A DNA stretch of 63,852 bases, filler included, from Octopus bimaculoides (GCF_001194135.2; 5 parts of 5 records of this genome joined end to end with filler, not necessarily neighbours in it); one strand, 5' to 3'. Shown: positions 1-11,549, counted from the first letter of the whole stretch. The notes: a model not told the origin generated them from the letters alone. A program made the numbers and translations.

Positions 1-424
1 GAAATTGGTTCATAAGTTAGAGTACTCCCAGTATAAAGCAACAGAGTGGATATAATTTTTATAAATGAAGAACATTGTTTTGGCCAATTAAAGTTACAAG
101 ACAATTTCCTGCAATGTCAATCCCCAAGAAATCGTCAGTCAGGAATGTTTGTTTGAAGCAGTATAACCAGAGTTCTTTTGTTACTGAAGATACAAAGATT
201 TGTAAATTGTCAGGCAGAAGCAGAAAAATAGAAACAAACTCATTGGTTACAGGAAAATCAAAACAAAACCTTAGGAATCATGTAATAAAAATATCTCCAA
301 CCCAACATTTAGATGAAGGCTTTCAGAGTTATGTCCCTTGGTGTAGTGTGAAAAGTCCGTAGAGCAAAATGATGTAATAAGGTGAGATGGGGTGTGTTGG
401 TGTGTTTCGATTATATACATGTAT

Positions 425-938
425 ATGAGAGAGAAGAGGAGAGAGGGGATAAGAAGAAGAGATAAAAGAGAGAGAGAGAGAGGGAGTAAGAAGAAGAGAT
501 AACAGAGAGAAAGAAAGGGAGTAAGAAAATATAGATAGAGAGGAAGTAAGAAGAGATAAGAAAAAGAGAGAAGAAGTAAGAAGAAGACATAGAAGAGAAA
601 GAAAGAGAGAACAAGAGAATAAGAGAATAAGAGAACAAAGAGAGAGAAAGGGAGTAAGAAGAAGAGATAAAAAGAGAGAGAGGGAGTAAGAAGAAGAGAT
701 AACAGAGAGAAAGAAAGGAGTAAGAAGAATAGATAAAGAGATAGAGAGGGAGTAAGAAGAGATAAGAAAAAGAGAGAGAGAAAGATGGTGTAAGAAGAAG
801 ACATAAAGAGAGAGAGAGAGAGAGAGGGAGTAAGAAGAAGAGATAACAGAGAGAAAGAAAGGGAGTAAGAAGAATAGATAAAGAGATAGAGAGGGAGTAA
901 GAAGAGATAAGAAAAAGAGAGAGAGAAAGATGGTGTAA
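425..938. repeat. Purine-rich degenerate minisatellite (AGGGAGTAAGAAGAAGAGATAA-based), runs into an N gap
   Basis: Repeated gggagtaagaagaagagataa/aagaga units with higher-order repetition; explains the Leu/Ser/Phe-rich minus-strand ORFs. Confidence 0.9.
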
Positions 939-1927
939 NNNNNNNNNNNNNNNNNNNNNNNNNNNNNNNNNNNNNNNNNNNNNNNNNNNNNNNNNNNNNN
1001 NNNNNNNNNNNNNNNNNNNNNNNNNNNNNNNNNNNNNNNNNNNNNNNNNNNNNNNNNNNNNNNNNNNNNNNNNNNNNNNNNNNNNNNNNNNNNNNNNNNN
1101 NNNNNNNNNNNNNNNNNNNNNNNNNNNNNNNNNNNNNNNNNNNNNNNNNNNNNNNNNNNNNNNNNNNNNNNNNNNNNNNNNNNNNNNNNNNNNNNNNNNN
1201 NNNNNNNNNNNNNNNNNNNNNNNNNNNNNNNNNNNNNNNNNNNNNNNNNNNNNNNNNNNNNNNNNNNNNNNNNNNNNNNNNNNNNNNNNNNNNNNNNNNN
1301 NNNNNNNNNNNNNNNNNNNNNNNNNNNNNNNNNNNNNNNNNNNNNNNNNNNNNNNNNNNNNNNNNNNNNNNNNNNNNNNNNNNNNNNNNNNNNNNNNNNN
1401 NNNNNNNNNNNNNNNNNNNNNNNNNNNNNNNNNNNNNNNNNNNNNNNNNNNNNNNNNNNNNNNNNNNNNNNNNNNNNNNNNNNNNNNNNNNNNNNNNNNN
1501 NNNNNNNNNNNNNNNNNNNNNNNNNNNNNNNNNNNNNNNNNNNNNNNNNNNNNNNNNNNNNNNNNNNNNNNNNNNNNNNNNNNNNNNNNNNNNNNNNNNN
1601 NNNNNNNNNNNNNNNNNNNNNNNNNNNNNNNNNNNNNNNNNNNNNNNNNNNNNNNNNNNNNNNNNNNNNNNNNNNNNNNNNNNNNNNNNNNNNNNNNNNN
1701 NNNNNNNNNNNNNNNNNNNNNNNNNNNNNNNNNNNNNNNNNNNNNNNNNNNNNNNNNNNNNNNNNNNNNNNNNNNNNNNNNNNNNNNNNNNNNNNNNNNN
1801 NNNNNNNNNNNNNNNNNNNNNNNNNNNNNNNNNNNNNNNNNNNNNNNNNNNNNNNNNNNNNNNNNNNNNNNNNNNNNNNNNNNNNNNNNNNNNNNNNNNN
1901 NNNNNNNNNNNNNNNNNNNNNNCATCA

Positions 1928-2063
1928 GTGTGTGTGTATGTATGTATGTATGTATGTATGCATGTGTGTATGTATGTATGTATGTATGCATGCATGCATG
2001 TATGTATGTATGTGTGTATGTGTGTGTATGTATGTATGTATGCATGCATGCATCTGTGTGTGC

Positions 2064-2105
<42 letters not shown>
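1928..2105. repeat. (TATG)n/(TG)n followed by (GATA)n microsatellite
   Basis: Directly visible. Confidence 0.95.
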
Positions 2106-2389
2106 GATTGATTAGGTAGGTAGATAAATAGGTTGGTAGCTAAACAGCTAGATACATAAATAGGTAGAAAGATTAGATTAAATAGGTAGAGAGATAAATA
2201 TCAAATGTGTGATTTGAGGGAGATGTTTCACAACCAATTGTAAAATGGTGTCATTAATTTATTCTGCTATAATTTTTGTCAAGAGACCCATACAGAAAAC
2301 ATATTCCTATAGTCTAAGTGATAAATATATTGTTATATATAACAGTGAGATTTTCAGATTTTGCTGCATCGCATCATATATTTTTGTGA

Positions 2390-2960
2390 TGGACGCCCCC
2401 CTCCCCAATCATCTCTCCCATGTCTTGATGGCTTTGGATTGTCATTGAGGGTTCTGTAACTATGCTTTTTGTCTAGATAGGGCAATTGATCCCACAGAAA
2501 CCTGAAGGTGGCGAACTGGCAGAAACGTTAGCACGCTGGGCGAAATGCTTAGTGGTATTTCGTCTGCCGCCACGTTTTGAGTTCAAATTCTGTCAAAGTC
2601 GACTTTGCCTTTCGTCCTTTCGGGGTTGATTAAATAAGTACCAGTTACGCACTGGGGTTGATATAATCGACTTAATCCCTTTGTCTGTCCTTGATTGTCC
2701 CCTCTATGTTTAGCCCCTTGTGGGCAATAAAGGAATAAGAAACCTGTTTTAGCTTCAGGTTTCCTCCATTCTTTCCCAGAATAATAATTTAGCTTCGTTT
2801 AGTATAATTGACAATGTGGTCAATGCTATTACAAATAAGGTAGGAGAGTGCTGTCCCCTTGAAAGAAACCTCAATTAATATGTACATCTGCTTATCTTTT
2901 CCCTCCAGATGTTGACTCTTCCCTCCAATGTCACATTGCATGTTCTAAGTGGCAGCTAAA
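2390..2960 (-). mobile_element. Degenerate Dong/R4-type (RLE) non-LTR retrotransposon RT fragment, split by a SINE
   Basis: Minus strand reads HAM*HWREESTSGGKR*ADVHIN*GFFQGDS, then (frameshift) SPTLFVIALTTLSIILNE; matches the RGIFQGDSLSPLLFVIAL RT motif of R4/Dong elements. Boundaries approximate. Confidence 0.7.
2505..2737 (+). mobile_element. tRNA-derived SINE family B (ggcggcgagctggcagaa... head), full length
   Basis: A-box-like head, B-box gagttcaaattc, central gactttgcctttc..ggggt.gat.aaataagtaccag block; 9-bp TSD agaaacctg at 2496-2504 and 2738-2746. Confidence 0.9.
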
Positions 2961-3072
2961 TTTTTTTATTATTTTGAGATCTTGAATATCTCTAAACCAG
3001 TGCTTTGAAACCTTGTGCCTATAGTAGAAAGGATTGTTATTTTAATTATTATTATTATTATTATTATTATTT

Positions 3073-3254
3073 GCTTGACAACCGATGCTGGTGCGTTTAT
3101 GTCCTCATCACTTAGTGGTTTGGCAAAAGAGACCGATAGAATAAGTACTAGGCTTACAAAGAATAAGTCCTGGGGTCGGTTTGCTCAACTAAAGGTGGTG
3201 CTCCAGCATGGCCGCAGTCAAATGAGTGAAACAAATAAAAGAGTAAAAGAGTAA
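3073..3254 (+). mobile_element. SINE family A, 3' half
   Basis: gcttgacaaccgatgctggtg...ggtgctccagcatggccgcagtcaaatga.tgaaacaa.taaaagag, shared with other copies in the window. Confidence 0.9.
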
Positions 3255-3286
3255 TATATATATATATATTATTTATATATACATAT

Positions 3287-3560
3287 TCCTCTGGATGGGA
3301 TGCCAGTCCATCACAGGGTTATTCACTTTTACCAGCTGAGTGGACAGGATCAGCATATATATTATTTATATATATATATATATTCCCCTGGATAGGATGT
3401 CAGTCCATCACAGGGTGATTCACTTTTACCAGCTGAGTGGACAGGAGCAGCATAAAATTAAGCGTCTCGATCAAAAACACACTACATTGCCAGGTCCAGG
3501 AATCGAAATCGCAATCTTACAATCATTGTGTCCAACACCCCTAACCACTAAGCCGCAATG
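3287..3560 (-). mobile_element. SINE family C (tRNA head, CORE-like block, V-like tail) with local duplication of its 3' segment
   Basis: Reverse complement has gcggcttagtggttagg head, ttcgattcctgg B-box and ...gtgatggactggcatcccatccag tail; tail present twice (about 3287-3355 and 3385-3450). Confidence 0.75.
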
Positions 3561-4498
3561 ACCCCATTTAGTTATTTATTCGTAACCTTTTGCTGTACGA
3601 TGGGATGGGACAGAAAGGAATGAAGGAGGATGGGCCAAAGAGACAGAAATGATAATGTAGCGACAAATAAAAATAAATAAATAAATAAATAAAATAAGTA
3701 TAATGAAATAAGATTAAAAAAAAATAAAAAGCAGGCAGAAGTAAAGCTTGGTACATTACTAAAATCGGTATTAGGTCCTCAGAACCAAAGGTCATTTCCT
3801 CTACTTTTGAAGTGTTACTGTCATTTTTTCATAATATTGTATAAATAGTATAGACACACAAAGTTTTCTCTCACTCTCTTTCTCTCTCTCGGTCTCTCGG
3901 TCTCTTTGTACTGGACACTACTTATACAAAATAACAATTGTTAGTACTGTGACTAAAGTTATTCCATCCCTTTTTTGTTGTTGTTGTTGCCTTTTTCTTT
4001 TTGTGAAGAATTTCTTTTTGTTTTTGTTTTTTCAAATTAGTAAAGAACGATTTGCACTGAAAGGGAAATTTTAGTTTCTCCTAACGAGAGGTCAAGGAGC
4101 TGGTCTGAATATTCTTTCTTCTTCTATAACTTGAAACTTCATGTGTGTGTGATTGTGAGCATGCATGTGTGTCTGAGTGTGTTTGTGTATGTGTGAGCAT
4201 GCTTGTTGCATGTGTGTATCTGTGCGTGTGCATTTGTGTGTATGTGTGTGCATGTGTGTATGTGCGTGTGTGAGCATGCTTGCATGTGTGTGTGTATGTG
4301 TGCGTGTATGCATGCACATTTGTGTGTGTGTACATGCATTTGTGTGTGTGTGTGCATGCACATGCATTTGTGTGTGCGTATGTGTGTGTATGCACACAGG
4401 CATTTGTATGTGTGTGTGTGTGTGTGTGTGTGCACCTGTGTGTGTGTATGTGATTGTTCTCAAGTGTTTTTGATCAAATATCTACATAGGTGTTAACA

Positions 4499-4638
4499 TG
4501 GCTGTATGGTAAGAAGCTTGCTTCCCAACCATATTGTTTCAGGTTCAGTCCCACTGTATGGTACCTTAAGCTGGGTTTTTTCTACTATTAGCCCCAGGTT
4601 GACTAAACCCTTGTGAGTGGATTTAGTAGGCAGAAACT
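4499..4638 (+). mobile_element. SINE family A, 5' half (degenerate)
   Basis: tggctgtatggtaagaagcttgc..ggttcagtcccactg..gtgagtggatt. Confidence 0.85.
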
Positions 4639-4666
4639 TGTCTTGTTTTATGTATGTATATATATA

Positions 4667-4697
<31 letters not shown>

Positions 4698-4699
4698 GT

Positions 4700-5070
4700 C
4701 TTTTACTCTTTTACTTGTTTCAGTCATTTGACTGTGGCCATGCTGGAGCACCGCCTTTAGTCGAGTAAATCAACCCCAGGACTTATTCTTTGTAAGCCTA
4801 GTACTTATTCTATCGGTCTCTTTTGCCAAACCGCATTGGTTGTCAAGCGATGTTTGGGGGACAAACTCAGACACACAAACATATATACACGCATACATAC
4901 ATATATATACATATATACAACAGGCTTCTTTCAGTTTCCGTCTACCAAATCCACTAACAAGGCTTTGGTTGGCCCAACGCTATAGTAGAAGAAACTTACC
5001 TAAGGTGCAATGCAGTGGGACTGGACCTGGAACCATGTGGTTGGTAAGCAAGCTACTTACCACACAGCCA
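4700..5070 (-). mobile_element. SINE family A (tRNA-derived, CORE-like accttgggcaagtgtctt block), near full length
   Basis: Reverse complement matches head, internal (TA/CA)n tract and tail of the copy at 45181-45660. Confidence 0.9.
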
Positions 5071-5130
5071 CATCTGTGCCTATATAAAAATAGAAATGGA
5101 ACAAAACAATAAATTAAGCAATTAAATGGA

Positions 5131-5283
5131 CTGGTTGGCATTTAGAAGGGTGTCCAGATGTAGAAACCATGCCAGATCAGACTAGAACCTGGTACAAGAT
5201 CTTCAACTTGCCATTTGAGTCAAACCATCTAACCTATGCCAGCATGGAAAACTGACAGAAAACGATGATGATGTTGATGACGA
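5131..5283 (+). mobile_element. Retroposon family D 3' tail ending in (GAT)n
   Basis: ggttggcatttagaagggtgtccag...aacctatgccagcatggaaaa...aacgatgatgat. Confidence 0.8.
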
Positions 5284-5315
5284 TATATGTGTATATGAAT
5301 ACATATATACATATA

Positions 5316-5688
5316 GGTGCAGGAGTGGTTGTGTGGTAAGTAGCTTGCTTACCAATCACATGATTCCGGGTTCAGTCCCACTGCGTGACACCTTGGGCAA
5401 GTGTCTTCTACTATAGCCTCGGGCCGACCAAAGCCTTATGTGTGTGTGTATGTGTGTTTGTGTGCCTGTGTGTCTGTGTTTGTCTCCCCAAACATCGCTT
5501 CACAACTGATGGTGGTGTGTTTATGTCTCCGTAACTTAGCGGTTCGGCAAAAAAGACCGATAGAATAAGTACTAGGCTTACAAAGAATAAGTCCTGGGGT
5601 CGATTTGCTCGACTAAAGGTGGTGCTCCAGCCAGCATGGCCGCAGTCAAATGACTGAAACAAGTAAAAGAGTAAAAGAGTAAAGAGTA
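5316..5688 (+). mobile_element. SINE family A with internal deletion
   Basis: Head ggagtggttgtgtggtaagtagcttgc, ggttcagtccc B-box-like, tail gtaaaagagtaaaagag. Confidence 0.9.
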
Positions 5689-5715
5689 TACATATATATG
5701 TATGTATATATATAT

Positions 5716-5778
<63 letters not shown>

Positions 5779-5779
<1 letters not shown>

Positions 5780-5903
5780 GGTGACACATAAAAGGCACCT
5801 ATTACTACACTCTTGGAGTGGTTGGTGTTAGGAAGGGCATTCAGCCATAGAAACTATGCCAGCATGGAAAGCAGACATTAAATGCTGCTGCTGATGATGA
5901 TGA
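5779..5903 (+). mobile_element. Retroposon family D 3' fragment
   Basis: ggttggtgttaggaagggcattcagc..gccagcatggaaagcagacattaaatg..gatgatgatga. Confidence 0.8.
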
Positions 5904-5904
5904 C

Positions 5905-5948
<44 letters not shown>

Positions 5949-6504
5949 TTATATATATATACATATATATTTTTGTGTGTGTATGTCAGGTTGCTTTTGA
6001 TTTTCCCCTCCCCATCAACATTATGAGGATGAGAGTAGGAAGACAACTCGTTAAAAAATATGAAATATAGGACACATTCTTGAAAGTAGTTCTAGAAGAA
6101 CAAGAAAAAAGGAAAGAAAAAAAAAAGTACTGGGTTACTGGTATATGGCAGAAGGATGGTTATCTTTTGATTGGCGATTTATTCAATTAGGAATCCAGAA
6201 AAAAATGCACGTCACCTCCACATTGCTGTCATTGCTGTGGCCTCCTCATCCTCTTCCATTGCAGCTGCCTCCCCCTCACTTTTCGCCTAATGACATCATC
6301 CTTGCCTTTACAGCCACATTCACTTGCTGATATGCTTTGGGAGCTCACTTTCTGTTGTTACCCCATTGGCTGGTGTTGTCCCGGGAATGTCGGTGCCTTC
6401 TGTGTTTGCTTGCTTGCTGGTTTTGTTTTTAATAATTTTAATTTTTTTTTTTTCACAAATTTTGTAAATAGAACTATCAGCCATCAGAATATATGGACTA
6501 AAAA

Positions 6505-6837
6505 GGGTAAAGACCCCCTTCGGTCATGACTGACCATGGGATTGCACCTAGAAAGTTCTCCTCCGAGGCACAAATCCAGGTAAGGTTGTTTATGGAAGAC
6601 CAGCATTCACCCATGCATACCAGCCTCCCCTCTCCACGCCACCGATGTTATCCAAGGGAAAGGCAAAGACCAATACAACTTTGCACCAGTGACGCCACAA
6701 CTCATTTCTACAACTGAGTGAACTGGAGCAACAGGAAATAAAGTGTCTTGCTCAAGAGCACAACACATGGCCCAGTCTGGGAATCAAACTCACTACCTTG
6801 TGATTGTAAATCCGATGCTCTAACTACTGAGCCATGA
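6505..6837 (-). mobile_element. SINE family C variant (tRNA head, gtgttgtgctcttgagcaagacac CORE-like block, distinct tail)
   Basis: Near-identical layout to 46865-47155 (gacccccttcggtcatgactgaccatgg.attgcacctagaaagtt). Confidence 0.85.
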
Positions 6838-6838
6838 A

Positions 6839-6946
6839 CATTGATTATAGAAAGTAGTCTAATATTAGGGCATATAAACATCCCATTTTCTTTTTCGATT
6901 ACAGGGTTAATATACCCTAATATTAGCCTATTTTCTATTGTCAATA
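6839..6946. repeat. Short foldback: about 41-bp imperfect inverted arms around a 26-bp spacer
   Basis: atagaaagtagtctaatattagggcatataaac versus gttaatataccctaatattagcctattttctat. Confidence 0.85.
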
Positions 6947-7219
6947 TATTGGGAAGGCTTATAAATCTATGTACAAAATTTCCTTCACCACTGTTGGCTA
7001 ATTTATGCAGAATTCCCATATATTTACTTGCCTATATTATTATTTTTTTTGTTTTCTCTCTCTCCTTGATCACTCTCTCTCTCCTTGATTTCTCTCTCTC
7101 TCCTTGATCACTCTCTCTCCTTGAGCACTCTCTCTCTCCCTCTCTTGCTGGGTAACCATGTATCACTGTTACAGCAGTACACCTGTTTCTGCCCTCATTC
7201 TTGTTAACTCTCTCCCTCT

Positions 7220-7266
<47 letters not shown>

Positions 7267-8156
7267 TCTCTCCCCCTCTCTCTCCCCCTCTCTCTCCCTC
7301 TCCCTCTCTCTCTCTGGTTGGGTAACTATGTACCACCTCTACAGCAAAACACATGTTTCTGTTCCTCTGTCTCTCAGTCACATTCTAACCTTTTATCATC
7401 TGACNNNNNNNNNNNNNNNNNNNNNNNNNNNNNNNNNNNNNNNNNNNNNNNNNNNNNNNNNNNNNNNNNNNNNNNNNNNNNNNNNNNNNNNNNNNNNNNN
7501 NNNNNNNNNNNNNNNNNNNNNNNNNNNNNNNNNNNNNNNNNNNNNNNNNNNNNNNNNNNNNNNNNNNNNNNNNNNNNNNNNNNNNNNNNNNNNNNNNNNN
7601 NNNNNNNNNNNNNNNNNNNNNNNNNNNNNNNNNNNNNNNNNNNNNNNNNNNNNNNNNNNNNNNNNNNNNNNNNNNNNNNNNNNNNNNNNNNNNNNNNNNN
7701 NNNNNNNNNNNNNNNNNNNNNNNNNNNNNNNNNNNNNNNNNNNNNNNNNNNNNNNNNNNNNNNNNNNNNNNNNNNNNNNNNNNNNNNNNNNNNNNNNNNN
7801 NNNNNNNNNNNNNNNNNNNNNNNNNNNNNNNNNNNNNNNNNNNNNNNNNNNNNNNNNNNNNNNNNNNNNNNNNNNNNNNNNNNNNNNNNNNNNNNNNNNN
7901 NNNNNNNNNNNNNNNNNNNNNNNNNNNNNNNNNNNNNNNNNNNNNNNNNNNNNNNNNNNNNNNNNNNNNNNNNNNNNNNNNNNNNNNNNNNNNNNNNNNN
8001 NNNNNNNNNNNNNNNNNNNNNNNNNNNNNNNNNNNNNNNNNNNNNNNNNNNNNNNNNNNNNNNNNNNNNNNNNNNNNNNNNCTTAATTGTCATAAGAAGG
8101 CACTAGCTGTTGACAGCCAGGGCCTCCATGGGAAAGAGAAATTTTACAAGATGCAG

Positions 8157-8340
8157 CCATGGCTGCATTGTTGAGAAGTTGAAAAGCTCAATTTGCAACC
8201 ACGTGGTTTTGGGGTCAGCCCCACTCTGTAACACCTTGGGCAAGCAGGTGGAGCGGGTGCACGAGATAGGAAAGTGGAATATTAACCCATGCTAGCATGG
8301 AAAGCGGACGTTAAACGATGATGATGATGATGATGATGAC
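8157..8340 (+). mobile_element. SINE A head joined to family D tail
   Basis: catggctgcattgttgagaagtt..aacaccttgggcaag, then aacccatgctagcatggaaagcggacgttaaacgatgatgatg. Confidence 0.7.
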
Positions 8341-8419
8341 ATGCACACTTTTAAGAATTATGAAATGAATGTCTTTATATATGCATGGCATATCATCCCT
8401 TGAATGTTGGGTGATATGC

Positions 8420-8615
8420 TACGCTTCGGAAGATCCCGTCGAATGTTGGGCAACATACCATAGTTGAGAAAACCTGTCAAACCAAGTGAAATTGTAACCA
8501 TGGCTGATGTCAGGGTGATGTAACTGGCACCCGTGCTGGTGGAACATAGTGCTTGAGAAGACCCATCAAGCCAAGTGAAAAAATGCCAGGAAGGCGGTGC
8601 TGGGCACAGGTGCCA
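8420..8615 (+). mobile_element. Retroposon family D internal fragments
   Basis: Twice tgagaa.acc..tcaa.ccaagtgaaa; taactggcacccgtgctggtgg. Confidence 0.6.
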
Positions 8616-9070
8616 TTACGATTTAGTATATTTTAGATTAAAAAAAAACAACTTTGTTTATCTTAATTTTGAAACATAAAAGAAGTATAAAAAAACCTCA
8701 TTATCTATTGGATGACCCAATAGAATATGGATTTCAGTTTTTACATGTATGTGTTCTTTTTAATACGTGTCTTTGAAAGCATAATCATTTTGTTACAGGA
8801 TTTTTAATAATTTAAACAAGAAATTCAAATTTTTTGGTTCCTGTTGACATTCTGGTATAAATTTTTTGTAAATATGTTTTCTGTTGCTCTCTCATTAATC
8901 TTTTATTTTTTTCCTCTCTGTAGCACAAATAACAGAGAAGTAATTCTAAAAAATTATCTTTAATCAGGAGTGATTTCCCTTGAATGTATTCTTCTCTCAC
9001 ACACTCTCTCTCTTTTTTTTTCTCTCTCTCGCTTTTTTTCTCTCTCTCTCTCTTTTTTCTCTCTCTCTTT

Positions 9071-9101
<31 letters not shown>

Positions 9102-9420
9102 TCTCTTTTCTCTCTCTCTTTTTCCTCTCTCTCTCTCTTTTTTCTCTCTCTCTCTCTCTCCCTTTGTCTCAAACTGTCTTTCTGTGTGTATGTGTTTGTG
9201 TGTGTATGTGTGTGTGTACATGTGTGTATGTGTGTATGTGTGCACATGCGTGTGTGTCTGTATGTATGTTACATATGTGTGTGTGTACGTGTGCATATAT
9301 ACACACACATACACATATACACATGTACAAACACATGCACATTCACACACATACACACATAAATATACATACATACATGTTTATATGTATGTATGTAATG
9401 AACATATATACACTTCACAA

Positions 9421-9469
<49 letters not shown>

Positions 9470-9473
<4 letters not shown>

Positions 9474-9974
9474 AGGCAAGGAAGAAAATGGAAAAGATAT
9501 TCAATTGACAAACATCAGCAAGATCTATTTATTAATTACAATCATAGGAGTAAATAAATAAATAAATACAACTCTACTCTTACAGCTGTTTCTACTTTGG
9601 GGGTCAAGCATGCCAAAGTTGACACATCATACAAAAGTTATACAAAAATTGAACCCCAAAGCTTCATCAGAGAGTCCATAATGGTAAGAAGTAAAATAAT
9701 AAAAAAGTAAAATAATAAAAAATAGTAAAAAAAAGTAAAGTCCAAGGTTATATCTGGAGGTTGTGAGATCACATCTTATTTCAATTTGATGGGGGAGATG
9801 GCAAAGATAAATGTATAATTTTTGTATGATGTGTCAACTTTGACATACTAGACCTCCAAAGCAGGAACAGCTGTAAGAGTATTTATTTATTTATTCCTAT
9901 GGTTGTAATTAATAAATGGATCTTACCGATGTTTGTCAACTGAATATCTTCTCCATTTTCTTCCTTGCCTTATA
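9470..9974. repeat. Long inverted repeat (arms about 9470-9644 and 9812-9974), pLTR-like and ribozyme-bearing
   Basis: tataaggcaaggaagaaaatggaaaagatattc...aaagttataca is the reverse complement, with scattered mismatches, of tgtataattttgtatg...ttccttgccttata. Confidence 0.92.
9576..9675 (-). ncRNA. Type I hammerhead ribozyme with long helix II
   Basis: Minus strand: ACUCU-CUGAUGA-A-GCUUUGGGGUUCAA...UUGACCCCCAAAGU-A-GAAAC-AGCU-GUA-AGAGU; 5-bp helix I, about 13-bp helix II, palindromic ACAGCUGU helix III; A.A opposition at the base of helix II. Confidence 0.8.
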
Positions 9975-10158
9975 TAAATTCTGGATAAACTTTTGTTTAC
10001 CTCTACTTATACCTATTATTCAATTGTACTATTGCCTTGCAACAGTAAGCATTTGGATATAAATAGATACCCCCCTCCTTAGAAGTATATTGGATATTTA
10101 TTGTCACTTAGATGGTTGTCCAACCTCTAATTCATATATATGTAATTATATATATATA

Positions 10159-10358
10159 TCATCATCATCATCATCATCGTTTAACGTCCGCTTTCCATGC
10201 TAGCATGGGTTGGACGATTTGACTGAGGACTGGTGCAACCGGATGGCTACACCAGGCTCCAATCTAATTTGGCAGAGTTTCTACAGCTGGATGCCCTTCC
10301 TAACGCCAACCACTCAGAGAGTGTAGTGGGTGCTTTTACGTGTCACCCGCACGAAAAC
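10159..10358 (-). mobile_element. Retroposon family D 3' end with (GAT)n tail, cut by gap
   Basis: catcatcgtttaacgtccgctttccatgctagcatgggttggacg...ggatgcccttcctaacgccaacc. Confidence 0.88.
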
Positions 10359-10458
10359 NNNNNNNNNNNNNNNNNNNNNNNNNNNNNNNNNNNNNNNNNN
10401 NNTTAATTAATTAANNNNNNNNNNNNNNNNNNNNNNNNNNNNNNNNNNNNNNNNNNNN
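10359..10458. other. Assembly spacer N44-TTAATTAATTAA-N44
   Basis: Exactly 100 bp; the 12-mer has stops in all six frames; same block at 31696, 39247 and 62638. Confidence 0.97.
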
Positions 10459-10824
10459 CACCTTTCCTCCCTAAACTCTCGCACTTTTACTCTCCTCAAT
10501 TACTCTCTACTTCTACATTTCTTTCTTTTTTTTTTCTCGCTTTTCCTCTCCTTTACTATTTTCTTTTCATCTCTTCTCTCGCTTATTCTCTCTCTCTCTC
10601 TCTCTCTCTTTCTCAACATTACGTTTTTATCGCTTGCCTTTCTATTCTTCTCTCTGTCTCCCATTTACACAATCATTCTCTCTTCTCTCTCTCTCCTTCT
10701 CTCTCTCTCTCTCACTCACTCACTCACCTTTTCTGCTTTCTTCCTCTCATACATTTTCCCTTTACTACATCTGTTTCCCACTCCCTTTTGTCACCTTCTC
10801 TCTTCTGTCACATGCCCTCTCTCC

Positions 10825-10869
<45 letters not shown>

Positions 10870-11549
10870 AGTAGCTTTTTCTTCGCAGCTCCTCTTTTTC
10901 CCTCTTTCTTCCTTTACTTTCTCTCTTGCCTTCGTCAACTTATTCTATCCAGACAATATTTCCACTTACTCCAAGTTAGTCTTTCTACAAACAGTCACCC
11001 CTCCCCTCAGTCACGTCACATCTCACTCTCTCTACCGTTCGTCTCTCTCTTTCTCTCGCTCTCTTTCTCTCCTCTTTCTCCCTTCTCACCCTCTCTTTCT
11101 ATCCCTTATTCTTCTCTTACTTTCTTCATCTCCATCTCTCTTCCCCTTCACTTAATAATTGCCACCAATGTGTGAAACTATGTAGAAATGAGAGAGAGAG
11201 GGGGGAGAAAGACAGAGAGGCAGAGAGACAGAGACAGACAGACAGACAGAGGCAGAGACGGAGAGGAGATTGATTTTCATAAAATTACTATAATCTGGAA
11301 GATTCTGATGAACAACAGAAGAAAATGTTATTAATATGATATTATGTAACTTTGTGATGTAAGAGAATAAAATATAAATCTTTGTGATGTGCATAATTTA
11401 ATATCGATATTTTCTATATAAAGTATGTAATATGTACAATATATGCGTGTGTTTGATATAATCTAATAGAAATTGCGTTACATAATGTGATCTATGGTTG
11501 TAATGGAATAGAAATGGTTCTGATATAATTTATGATAAGCGCTCTACAG

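Noticed and set aside
271-2049. Long ORFs spanning N runs (also at about 7200, 14000, 20570, 26300, 52500, 57500, 58870)
   Set aside because: Length comes from untranslatable N gaps flanked by microsatellites
4081-4496. HTHT, CVCV, YIYI, LSLS and SIYL ORFs throughout the track
   Set aside because: Direct translations of (CA)n, (TA)n, (CT)n and (GATA)n repeats
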